The position numbers and the translations under genes are program-made. A stretch of 39,078 nucleotides of DNA from sequence record DRR378314_1401; one strand, 5' to 3'. Shown here one piece after another: positions 1 to 8,190 of the stretch; positions within the stretch are counted from its first letter, which is position 1; each line of letters starts with the position of its first letter. Below the pieces are notes generated by a model. It made no database searches. It worked only from the letters and a program-made list of their open reading frames with translations, and was not told the DNA's origin.

Positions 1-1111
1 CACCGGCGGCGGTGTTCTTGAAATTCTGCAGGACGGGTTTGGGTTTTTACGCTCACCAGAAGCCAACTATTTGGCGGGTCCTGATGATATTTATATCTCT
101 CCCAGTCAAATTCGGAAATTTTCTCTTCGAACTGGCGATACAGTGGAAGGGGAAATTCGAAGCCCCAAGGACGGAGAGCGATATTTTGCACTTCTTAAAG
201 TCCAAAAAATCAACTTCGAAGAACCTGAGCGAGCCCGCCACAAAATTAATTTTGACAACCTGACCCCCTTATACCCGGAAGAGCGGATACAGCTTGAAAC
301 CCCGGATCCAACCAAAGAAATCAGCTCAGCCAGGGTCATTGACCTGGTCTCCCCACAAGGGAAAGGGCAGCGGGCCCTGATTGTGGCCCCGCCAAGAACC
401 GGTAAAACCGTTCTCCTTCAAAATATCGCAAATTCCATCACCACCAATAATCCTGAAGTCTACCTGATTGTCCTGCTGATCGATGAACGGCCGGAAGAGG
501 TGACGGATATGAAACGTTCTGTGAACGGTGAAGTGGTGTCTTCAACTTTTGATGAGCCGGCTTCGCGCCATGTGCAGGTTGCGGAAATGGTGATTGAGAA
601 AGCCAAGCGCCTGGTCGAGCATAAACGCGATGTGGTGATCCTGCTGGATAGTATTACGCGTCTTGCCCGGGCCTATAACACGGTTGTCCCGTCCAGTGGT
701 AAGGTTCTGACCGGTGGTGTTGATGCCAATGCCCTGCAACGTCCGAAACGCTTCTTTGGTGCTGCCCGGAATATCGAAGAAGGCGGATCGCTGACCATTG
801 TGGCAACTGCGCTGATCGATACAGGTTCGCGCATGGATGAAGTGATCTTTGAAGAATTTAAAGGCACCGGTAACTCCGAGATTATTCTCGATCGGAAATT
901 GTCTGATAAACGGGTCTTCCCAGCCATCGACATTACCAAATCCGGCACCCGGAAAGAGGAACTGCTGGTTGATAAACCGACCCTGCAGAAAATGTGGGTC
1001 TTGCGCCGTATTCTTAATCCAATGGGAACGACGGACGCCATGGAATTCCTGCTCGACAAGCTTCGCGGCAGTAAAACCAATGATGATTTCTTCGATAGCA
1101 TGAATACCTGA
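1..1111 (+). CDS. rho: Transcription termination factor Rho (5' end outside the window)
   Basis: The frame is open from base 2 ([31 protein letters not shown]). Contains Walker [22 protein letters not shown], and [10 protein letters not shown]. Confidence 0.99.
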   Translation, partial: TGGGVLEILQDGFGFLRSPEANYLAGPDDIYISPSQIRKFSLRTGDTVEGEIRSPKDGERYFALLKVQKINFEEPERARHKINFDNLTPLYPEERIQLETPDPTKEISSARVIDLVSPQGKGQRALIVAPPRTGKTVLLQNIANSITTNNPEVYLIVLLIDERPEEVTDMKRSVNGEVVSSTFDEPASRHVQVAEMVIEKAKRLVEHKRDVVILLDSITRLARAYNTVVPSSGKVLTGGVDANALQRPKRFFGAARNIEEGGSLTIVATALIDTGSRMDEVIFEEFKGTGNSEIILDRKLSDKRVFPAIDITKSGTRKEELLVDKPTLQKMWVLRRILNPMGTTDAMEFLLDKLRGSKTNDDFFDSMNT

Positions 1112-1136
1112 TCTTTAGTGGCTATCTGGAATTCTC

Positions 1137-1170
1137 AAAGGCGCCAGCGCGATTAACTGGCGCCTTTTTA
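1137..1170 (+). terminator. Intrinsic terminator of rho
   Basis: AAAGGCGCCAG-9 nt loop-CTGGCGCCTTT followed by TTATTT. Confidence 0.85.
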
Positions 1171-1218
1171 TTTGGAATTTCAATTCACTAGGCTATATCT
1201 CCTTTATGGGTTAAAAAA

Positions 1219-1239
1219 TATAATTACATATGTTATTAC
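1219..1239 (+). promoter_or_regulatory. -10 box (TATAAT) overlapping a putative operator of the abrB/doc-like operon
   Basis: TATAAT at 1219-1224. Imperfect palindrome TAATTACATATGTTATTA (16/18) at 1221-1238. No good -35 seen. Confidence 0.6.
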
Positions 1240-1272
1240 TAATTATGTCCTAGGTTTAGAGGAATAGTGAGC

Positions 1273-1518
1273 ATGGTGAAAAAGGATCTCAAACCGTTCG
1301 AGACCAAACTTCGCAAAACCGGAAGCGCGGCCGGGGTGACCATCCCCGCAGAATTTCTGCGCCATCTTGGATATGAGATGGGCGATACATTGCGGGTCGC
1401 AGTTGACGGTGACGGTCTGGCTATTCGGAAAATCGATCCGACCCTTGATGATTTCATGGCCCTTTATGACCAGGTGGCTGTTCATTATCAGCCGGCCCTG
1501 AAACGCCTGTTCCGCTAA
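1273..1518 (+). CDS. AbrB/MazE/SpoVT-family DNA-binding antitoxin
   Basis: KLRKTGSAAGVTIPAEFLRHLGYEMGDTL swapped-hairpin signature. C-terminal helix ...HYQPALKRL is typical of AbrB partners of Doc. RBS GAGGA at 1259-1263 favours ATG 1273 over GTG 1267. Confidence 0.88.
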   Translation: MVKKDLKPFETKLRKTGSAAGVTIPAEFLRHLGYEMGDTLRVAVDGDGLAIRKIDPTLDDFMALYDQVAVHYQPALKRLFR

Positions 1519-1525
1519 GGTGGTC

Positions 1526-1936
1526 ATGATGCATTTACCAACCCGTTCTGTTATTCGTGAAGTCTACCGCCGGCAACTTCGTCAGTTTGGATCGGAATCC
1601 GATCAGAAGCTAGAACTGGACGATGTCAAAATCGGCGCTGCTCTCGCCTGGCCAAGAATGATGGTGACGGCAAATAAGTCGGTGGATCTGTTTGAAGTTG
1701 TGACTTCCCTGTTTACAGGCGTGCTGACCGAACAACCGGCGGCAAAGGGAAACGCGTCTTTGGCGCTGGCCTTGGCCATGATCACGCTGCGCCGAAATGG
1801 ATTGATGCTGGATATCTCAAATGAGGAGGTGGCTGAGTTTTTCAATGATCTCGCGACCGAGCAACATAGCGAACAGTCCCTGAATCAGTTTTTTCAAAAA
1901 AATGCCATTCCCTTTGATTTTACATCGACTATTTAA
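1526..1936 (+). CDS. Doc (death-on-curing/Fic-fold) family protein with degenerate catalytic loop
   Basis: Collinear with Doc along its length (AALAWP ~ SALARP; DLFEVV; LRRNG ~ FLxxNG), but HPFxDGNKR reads QPAAKGNAS. Lies directly behind the antitoxin. Start is uncertain (1520/1526/1529). Confidence 0.7.
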   Translation: MMHLPTRSVIREVYRRQLRQFGSESDQKLELDDVKIGAALAWPRMMVTANKSVDLFEVVTSLFTGVLTEQPAAKGNASLALALAMITLRRNGLMLDISNEEVAEFFNDLATEQHSEQSLNQFFQKNAIPFDFTSTI

Positions 1937-1995
1937 CAAAAAGATCAGAGCAACAGTATCTGCTAAAATTTGCGATATTTAGGCTGAGAATTTTA

Positions 1996-2029
1996 GTAAC
2001 AATTTATGTAATAATTTGTGTAATTACAT
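1996..2029 (-). repeat. Copy 2 of the 12-bp-periodic operator-like element
   Basis: Minus strand TAATTACACAAA TTATTACATAAA TTGTTAC. The first 19 nt match 1221-1239 at 16/19. Confidence 0.55.
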
Positions 2030-2072
2030 GACTTAAGTAACTGAAATATAACCTTTCATATAATTTGTAATA

Positions 2073-2633
2073 TTATTCATCCGGATCAATGACCAAAAGA
2101 TCCGGCCAGCGGGATTTCCAGTCTTTTGTCCTTATCCTATCTTTGAATATTGCTCTTTTCCAAGGAAAATAGGGGTTGGGCCGAAGAATGCCTTTTAACA
2201 GATCATCGGTTCCAAAAGGCGCCGTTAGACGGAGCTCATCCTGCTGCAGCCGGGCGGCAACAGCCGTTGCCGTTTCCGGCCAATATTCAAGTGCAGTCTC
2301 TAGATCTGCATAGGCAGGATCCGAATTTTTCAGATGCATCCGGGCCTGGTTATGGACAGACCAGTTTTCGGTTGGATGCATTTTTATAAGTTGCGCTTCA
2401 ATTTTTCGATCCTGGAGGGGATCAAGATTTTCTGCGTTAAAATAGATCACGTCGATATCGGCATTCAACCCGGTAGGGGCTGACCTGCCAAACAGGTGAT
2501 CCCAAACTGCATTTCGGATTGCACCAGCACTGATCCAGCATTTCGCAAGGGTAATGGCAGACGCTGCTTTTAAAAGGGGGGCTAGCGTGGGATGGGCTTG
2601 AATAAACGCTTTCAACTCATCTTCGGTTTTCAT
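2073..2633 (-). CDS. Nucleotidyltransferase family protein (DUF925 / NTP_transf_6-like)
   Basis: WISAGAIRNAVWD...DIDVIYF (Pol-beta-type DxD), WSVHNQARMH, WPETATAVAAR, APFGTDDL, KDWKSRWP. Confidence 0.85.
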   Translation of the reverse strand: MKTEDELKAFIQAHPTLAPLLKAASAITLAKCWISAGAIRNAVWDHLFGRSAPTGLNADIDVIYFNAENLDPLQDRKIEAQLIKMHPTENWSVHNQARMHLKNSDPAYADLETALEYWPETATAVAARLQQDELRLTAPFGTDDLLKGILRPNPYFPWKRAIFKDRIRTKDWKSRWPDLLVIDPDE

Positions 2634-2745
2634 GCTACCATCTTTTGAGAAGGTAAGAGTGAGGACAGATAGCTGCGCCTAAATCCTTGATTTAGAGGCA
2701 TAAATAGAGGTGCTAAAAATTTATCCAAAATTGAAGTCTAATCTC

Positions 2746-2779
2746 AGTAAAATTTGCGTTATTATTTATGTTATTACAT
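2746..2779 (-). repeat. Copy 3 of the 12-bp-periodic operator-like element, upstream of the nucleotidyltransferase
   Basis: Minus strand TAATAACATAAA TAATAACGCAAA TTTTACT. The first 19 nt match 1221-1239 at 14/19. Confidence 0.55.
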
Positions 2780-2803
2780 ATAACTAAAATATTGAAATTT
2801 ATG

Positions 2804-2841
2804 AAAAAAAGGCACCCTTTGTAATTTAAAAGAGTGCCTTT
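2804..2841 (-). terminator. Intrinsic terminator of qor
   Basis: Minus strand AAAGGCACTCTTT-loop-AAAGGGTGCC followed by T7. Confidence 0.85.
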
Positions 2842-2864
2842 GATTTTGGGAAATTCCTTGAATA

Positions 2865-3839
2865 TTAAAGCGTGAAAATGGTCGACCCGGTTGTTTTCCG
2901 GGCTTCCAGATCTTCATGAGCTTTAGCGGCTTCTGACAGATGGTAGCGCTGTCCGATATTGATTTTGACCGTTCCGTCACCGACCAGTTTAATCAGATCT
3001 GCCGCTGATTTTTCAAGATCAGGGCGGTCTGCATTATAGGTCATCAAGGTTGGACGGGTCACATATAAAGATCCTTTGGCGGCCAGTGTTCCCAGATCCA
3101 GATTATTGACAGGTCCGGTCGCATTTCCAAAAGACACCATCAGACCCCGGGGCATCAAACAATCGAGGGAGCTTTCAAATGTGTCTTTGCCAATACTGTC
3201 ATACACAACAGGGACGCCTTTCCCCTCTGTGATGTCCATAACCCGTTTTTGGAAGTCTTCTGTGCGGTAGTTGATGGTGTGATCACAGCCATGGGCCTTG
3301 GCCAGCTCTGCTTTTTCCTCAGATCCGACGGTTCCGATAACGGTCGCCCCGATATGCTTTGCCCATTGGCAGGCAATTAGGCCCACACCCCCTGCAGCGG
3401 CATGAAACAGGATTGTATCGCCTTGTTTCACGTGAAACGTTCGCTGCAACAGATATTCAACTGTCATACCCTGAAGCATCATGGCAGCGGCGGTTTCATC
3501 GCTGATTGTATCGGGGATTTTGACCAGGCCTTCCTCCGGCATGACCCGTTCTTCGGCATAAGCTCCGATCGGCCGGCCGGCATAGGCAACCCGGTCACCA
3601 ACTTTTACATATTGAACATTTTCGCCAATTTCCTCAATAATTCCAACAGCTTCCATACCTGGACTGTTGGGTAGGGGTGCCGGATAAAGACCCGTGCGGA
3701 AATAGACATCGATATAGTTGAGGCCGACAGCAGAATGCTTGATCCGAACTTCGCCTGGCCCGGGCTTCCCAACTTGGACATCCTCCCATTTGAGGACCTC
3801 AGGTCCGCCGGGTTCTTTAAATGTAATGGCTTTTGTCAT
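2865..3839 (-). CDS. qor: NADPH:quinone oxidoreductase (zeta-crystallin-like MDR)
   Basis: GLNYIDVYFRTGLYP, HAAAGGVGLIACQWAK, GSLYVTRPTL, LEARKTTGS. Confidence 0.93.
   Translation of the reverse strand: MTKAITFKEPGGPEVLKWEDVQVGKPGPGEVRIKHSAVGLNYIDVYFRTGLYPAPLPNSPGMEAVGIIEEIGENVQYVKVGDRVAYAGRPIGAYAEERVMPEEGLVKIPDTISDETAAAMMLQGMTVEYLLQRTFHVKQGDTILFHAAAGGVGLIACQWAKHIGATVIGTVGSEEKAELAKAHGCDHTINYRTEDFQKRVMDITEGKGVPVVYDSIGKDTFESSLDCLMPRGLMVSFGNATGPVNNLDLGTLAAKGSLYVTRPTLMTYNADRPDLEKSAADLIKLVGDGTVKINIGQRYHLSEAAKAHEDLEARKTTGSTIFTL
3424..3439. promoter_or_regulatory. parS: parS site inside qor
   Basis: TGTTTCACGTGAAACG, 15/16 match to the TGTTTCACGTGAAACA consensus. Confidence 0.8.
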
Positions 3840-3884
3840 TTTGATACCTTCTTTACTGTAGAATGCGCCCTTGAGAATAGTGTC

Positions 3885-4364
3885 TTAAAGATTGAGTTGT
3901 TCTTGTTGCGGCGGCAAGGCCTTTTCGAGGGTGAGGAGCCATTTTTTGGTTTCCAGACCTCCATCCCCTGAATATCCGCCCATTTCCCGGCCGGCTGCCA
4001 ACACCCGGTGGCAGGGGATCAGGATCGGGATCGGGTTATATCCGCAGGCATTCCCAACTGCCTGAGCGGAGCTGTCCAGGTCTTTGGCAATGTCACCATA
4101 GGATTTTGTCGATCCGCCCGGAATACGCAGCATAGCCTCACAAACCGATTTTTGAAACGGGGTTCCGGGGGGATTGAACGGCAGATCGAAATCCAGCCTT
4201 TTCCCATCGAAATAGTCATTTAACTGGTCGATTGCCGCTTCAAGAAGCGGTGTTTTGCTTTGCCACTCTGCCGGGACCCAGCCCCAATCCAGTGAAATGA
4301 TCGCCTCATCCTCTTCGGTAATTGTCAAATCGCCGATGGGGCTGTGCATGGATAGCTGTGGCAT
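3885..4364 (-). CDS. ogt: Methylated-DNA--protein-cysteine methyltransferase
   Basis: Active-site PCHRV, GTPFQKSV, AQAVGNACGYNP. Confidence 0.93.
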   Translation of the reverse strand: MPQLSMHSPIGDLTITEEDEAIISLDWGWVPAEWQSKTPLLEAAIDQLNDYFDGKRLDFDLPFNPPGTPFQKSVCEAMLRIPGGSTKSYGDIAKDLDSSAQAVGNACGYNPIPILIPCHRVLAAGREMGGYSGDGGLETKKWLLTLEKALPPQQEQLNL

Positions 4365-4368
4365 GGAA

Positions 4369-6393
4369 TTAAGTCCCTTTCAGGATGTTGCTGAGCTCAA
4401 TCGGTGTGGACGCGGGCAGGGAGCAGACGGGGCCTGTACACACATACGCCGCTGGTTTTCCCTCGATCCGGGTTTTGCCTTTGGCAGGATGGTCAAATGG
4501 CAGATCTTCAGTATCTGGAACGATATTGAGGACCTTGTTTGGCAGGCTGTAGTTGCGAATTTCGCTCAGTAGATCCTGAACTTCCGGCTCCTCGCGGGTC
4601 CCGACAATGATGATCTGTTTGCCCTCCACCAGGGTTTCAAAATTATTGAGAAATGTTGCCAGCGGAAAGAAGTTTCGGCCCAGCTGGATAGAGAAAGCCC
4701 GGACAATATCCGTGGCCTTTTCAAAGTAGGATCGCTCTCCCGTCAGATAATGCAGTTTTGCAAGAACTTCGACAATGGTGCCATTTCCCGACGGAACAGC
4801 GTTATCAAAGGCTGATTTACTGCGAATAATCAGATCGGACGCATCATCGGCCGTCTGGTAGTAGCCGCCTTCCTTGTCATCCCAGAAATGGGTGTTCAAA
4901 ACCTCGATCCAGGTGATCGCCCGGTCCTGATAAAAGGACTTTCCGGTGATCTCATACAGGGTGAGGGCGGCCCGGGCCATATTGCAATAATCTTCCAGCA
5001 TGCCGGTATGTTTAGCCTGTCCCAGGCGATAACTGTGAGAAAGACGCCCATCTTCGGTCATGCAGGTGGTGGTGATGGCCGTAAAAGCATTTTCTGCCTG
5101 CTCAACCCACCGGATTTCCGCGAAATAATCCCCGGCCTTGGCAAGGGTGGCAATCATCAATCCGTTCCAGTCTGTCAGGATTTTGCTATCCAGACCGGGG
5201 GCAATCCGGTTGTGTCTAACGGCCATCAGTTTTTCGCGCAGCGGGATCAGGGCGCTTTCGGTTTCTGGATCCATATAGGTGGGATAATGAAGGCGGTGGA
5301 GGATATTTCCCCCCTCCCAGTTGCCATCCGCTTCGACGCCGTAAATCTCGGCAAATTGGGGGGCCTGATCGCCCAGGATTTCGGTAATTTCCTCCAGGCT
5401 CCAGACGTAAAACTTACCCTCCACACCTTCGCTGTCGGCGTCAATTGTCGCACTGAACGCGCCGTTTTCCCCGATCATTTCGCGTAAAAGCCAGCCAACA
5501 GTCTCATAAATTCGGGATTTAAAAAGATCGCTTTTTGTTTCCTGATGAACAAGCACTAGCAAGTCGAGGATCAGGGCGTTGTCATAGAGCATTTTTTCGA
5601 AATGCGGGACCAGCCATTCCTGATCCGTGGAATAGCGGGCATATCCGCCGCCCAGATGATCATAAATGCCGCCTTGAGACATATGGGTGAGGGCTTTGAT
5701 CACGATATCAGCAAGGGCTTCATTCTCGGTCCGGATATAGCTGCGCCACAGATTTTCCAGAACATAGGTCTGCGGGAATTTGGGGGCAGAGCCGATACCG
5801 CCATGTTCCAGATCCGCTTCTTCCGAATAGCGAAGGGCAATCCGGTCAAGGACTTCAGTGGTCAGTTTTGGGCGGTCACCATCCGGAATGGCATTTTGGT
5901 TTTTCAGGGCTTCTTTCAGTATATCCCGATTTTTACTGACTTTTTCGGGCTCATTTTTGAAAATTTCTGAAATTGAATTGAGAACATGGACAAATCCCGG
6001 CCGACCATAGGCGGCGCCTTTAGGGAAGTAGGTTCCGCCCCAGAAAGGCTCCCCCTTTGACGTCAGGAACATGGTGAGCGGCCATCCGCCTTGTTCCCCG
6101 AGCAGGGCGAGGGCGGTTTGATAGATGGCATCGATATCCGGTCGTTCTTCCCGATCAACCTTGATATTGATGAACAGTTCGTTCATCAAATCGGCAACAT
6201 CTGGGTCTTCGAAACTTTCATGGGCCATCACATGGCACCAGTGGCAGGCTGCATACCCGACGCTGAGCAGAATGGGTTTGCCTTCCTTTTTCGCCTGTTC
6301 CAGAGCTTTATCTCCCCAGGGCTGCCAATGAACCGGGTTGTCTTTATGCTGCAGCAAATAGGGGCTTGTTTCCTGATCCAGGACATTTTCCAT
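4369..6393 (-). CDS. Thioredoxin domain-containing protein, YyaL/SSP411 family
   Basis: ETSPYLLQHKDNPVHW, CHWCHVMAHESFED, KVDREERPD, GGWPLT, PHFEKMLYDNA. Confidence 0.93.
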   Translation of the reverse strand: MENVLDQETSPYLLQHKDNPVHWQPWGDKALEQAKKEGKPILLSVGYAACHWCHVMAHESFEDPDVADLMNELFINIKVDREERPDIDAIYQTALALLGEQGGWPLTMFLTSKGEPFWGGTYFPKGAAYGRPGFVHVLNSISEIFKNEPEKVSKNRDILKEALKNQNAIPDGDRPKLTTEVLDRIALRYSEEADLEHGGIGSAPKFPQTYVLENLWRSYIRTENEALADIVIKALTHMSQGGIYDHLGGGYARYSTDQEWLVPHFEKMLYDNALILDLLVLVHQETKSDLFKSRIYETVGWLLREMIGENGAFSATIDADSEGVEGKFYVWSLEEITEILGDQAPQFAEIYGVEADGNWEGGNILHRLHYPTYMDPETESALIPLREKLMAVRHNRIAPGLDSKILTDWNGLMIATLAKAGDYFAEIRWVEQAENAFTAITTTCMTEDGRLSHSYRLGQAKHTGMLEDYCNMARAALTLYEITGKSFYQDRAITWIEVLNTHFWDDKEGGYYQTADDASDLIIRSKSAFDNAVPSGNGTIVEVLAKLHYLTGERSYFEKATDIVRAFSIQLGRNFFPLATFLNNFETLVEGKQIIIVGTREEPEVQDLLSEIRNYSLPNKVLNIVPDTEDLPFDHPAKGKTRIEGKPAAYVCTGPVCSLPASTPIELSNILKGT

Positions 6394-6502
6394 GGGTTTA
6401 CCTATTTATTTTGGGTGAAACACATCCATCTGATTGATCCACCACAGAAATTCACTTACCTTCAATATCGTTCTCTTGCGGACAACACAAGGAGTCCTGT
6501 CC

Positions 6503-6751
6503 ATGAAGGTTAACGTTGATATTGAGTGTACACCAGAGGAAGCAAGGAAATTTTTTGGCTTGCCGGATGTAGAACCCATGCAAAAAGCGGTTATGGAAGA
6601 GATCCAGAGCAAAATGATGGAAAACATTTCCCGGATGGATCCTGAAAATATGATGAAAACCTGGTTTCCGGCGGGAATAAAGGGTTTTGATCAGATGCAG
6701 AATATGTTCTGGAATTCTTTCGCAGGATCAAAAGACAAGCCTGAAGACTGA
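6503..6751 (+). CDS. DUF6489-family small protein
   Basis: MKVNVDIECTPEEARKFFGLPDVEPMQ motif. RBS AAGGAG precedes ATG 6503. Confidence 0.8.
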   Translation: MKVNVDIECTPEEARKFFGLPDVEPMQKAVMEEIQSKMMENISRMDPENMMKTWFPAGIKGFDQMQNMFWNSFAGSKDKPED

Positions 6752-6769
6752 GACTGGACCGAAAAACGA

Positions 6770-8095
6770 ATGGATACAATCTTTGCACTGGCCAGTGGCC
6801 GGGGACGGGCGGGTGTCTCTGTCATCCGGATCTCCGGCCCTATTGCGCTTCTGGCGCTGGAAAAACTGACGAAGAAACCACTGCCCACCACCAGAATGGC
6901 CTCTGTTCGGGAAATCTGGTCAGTGGACGGGGCTTTTCTGATTGATGAAGCCCTGGTCATCCTGTTTCAGGGACCGGGCAGCTTTACCGGCGAAGATGTG
7001 ATCGAAATCCATTTACATGGGGGACCGGCGCTCGTCTCAGCGCTGTTTGAAACGCTGAGCCAGCTGGAGGGATTGCGCCCGGCAGAGCCAGGTGAATTTA
7101 CCCGACGGGCATTTGAAAATGGCAAACTGGACCTGACCGAGGCGGAAGGGATCGGGGATCTGGTCAATGCGGAAACCCATGCCCAGCATCAACAGGCCCT
7201 GCGCCAGATGCGCGGGGAACTGGGGGCCATTTATACCGCCTGGCGCGAGGAGCTGATCCGCAGTCTTGCCCATCTGGAGGCGGATATTGATTTTCCCGAT
7301 GAAGATTTACCCGATGGGGTGGCAGGCGCAATCCGCCCGAAAATTGACCAATTGAAATCGCAAATGCAGCAGCATTTGGCAGATGGTCACCGGGGGGAGA
7401 AAATCCGTGAAGGATTGGATGTTGTGATCCTCGGGCCCCCGAATATCGGCAAATCCAGCCTGCTCAATAAACTGGCCCGAAAAGAAGCCGCCATCGTTTC
7501 GGAACAAGCCGGAACCACGCGGGATATTGTTGAGGTTCATTTGGATCTGGCAGGTTATCCAGTGACAATCGCCGATACGGCGGGCATTCGGGAGGCAACA
7601 GATCTGGTTGAGCGCGAAGGGGTTCGCCGCGCCCGCGCCCGGGCGGAAGCTGCGGATATTTTGATTTTCATGACCGACGCGGCGGAGGGACCGGCTGCAG
7701 CTGTTGAGTTTCCTGATTTGCTAACCACAGACAGTTACCGCATTTATAACAAAGCTGATTTGAGCGATACTGACTCGGGACTTGCGGATCATCCGCGGCA
7801 TTTTTATCTTTCAGTGAAGACAGAGGCAGGGGTGGATCTGTTTTTAACGCAGCTTGAAAAAGATGTAGTGGCGCGATTGGATGTATCCGGTGCACCGTCG
7901 CTGACCCGTGTTCGCCATCGCCAGTCGCTGGAAGCCTGTATTGAGGCGTTGGATCGCTTTAATCTGGCTCCTGATCCTGAATTAGCGGCAGAGGATGTCC
8001 GCCTTGCCGTCAGGGCCTTGGGCAGAATCACAGGGCGGGTCGATGTGGAAGATATTCTGGATGTGGTCTTTGGGGATTTTTGTATTGGAAAATAG
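6770..8095 (+). CDS. mnmE: tRNA modification GTPase MnmE
   Basis: SFTGEDVIE, GPPNIGKSS, GTTRD, DTAG, NKAD, C-terminal FCIGK. Confidence 0.98.
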   Translation: MDTIFALASGRGRAGVSVIRISGPIALLALEKLTKKPLPTTRMASVREIWSVDGAFLIDEALVILFQGPGSFTGEDVIEIHLHGGPALVSALFETLSQLEGLRPAEPGEFTRRAFENGKLDLTEAEGIGDLVNAETHAQHQQALRQMRGELGAIYTAWREELIRSLAHLEADIDFPDEDLPDGVAGAIRPKIDQLKSQMQQHLADGHRGEKIREGLDVVILGPPNIGKSSLLNKLARKEAAIVSEQAGTTRDIVEVHLDLAGYPVTIADTAGIREATDLVEREGVRRARARAEAADILIFMTDAAEGPAAAVEFPDLLTTDSYRIYNKADLSDTDSGLADHPRHFYLSVKTEAGVDLFLTQLEKDVVARLDVSGAPSLTRVRHRQSLEACIEALDRFNLAPDPELAAEDVRLAVRALGRITGRVDVEDILDVVFGDFCIGK

Positions 8096-8107
8096 GCAAT
8101 TAGCGTC

Positions 8108-8123
8108 TGTTTCACGTGAAACA
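8108..8123. promoter_or_regulatory. parS: parS site (intergenic)
   Basis: Perfect TGTTTCACGTGAAACA, extending to an 18-bp palindrome at 8107-8124. Confidence 0.95.
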
Positions 8124-8155
8124 GTGACCAATTTCCTGCCCCTCCCATTATTGTT

Positions 8156-8183
8156 TTGACATTTGATTTTCTACTCCTAAATT
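8156..8183 (+). promoter_or_regulatory. sigma70 promoter of mnmG (probably leaderless)
   Basis: TTGACA (8156-8161)-N16-TAAATT (8178-8183)-N7-ATG (8191). Confidence 0.6.
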
Positions 8184-8190
8184 GGCGCTC

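Noticed and set aside
1937-2072. AT-rich repeats as a CRISPR array or DNA-unwinding element
   Set aside because: Units are 12 bp, degenerate and unspaced; no cas genes and no DnaA-box cluster.
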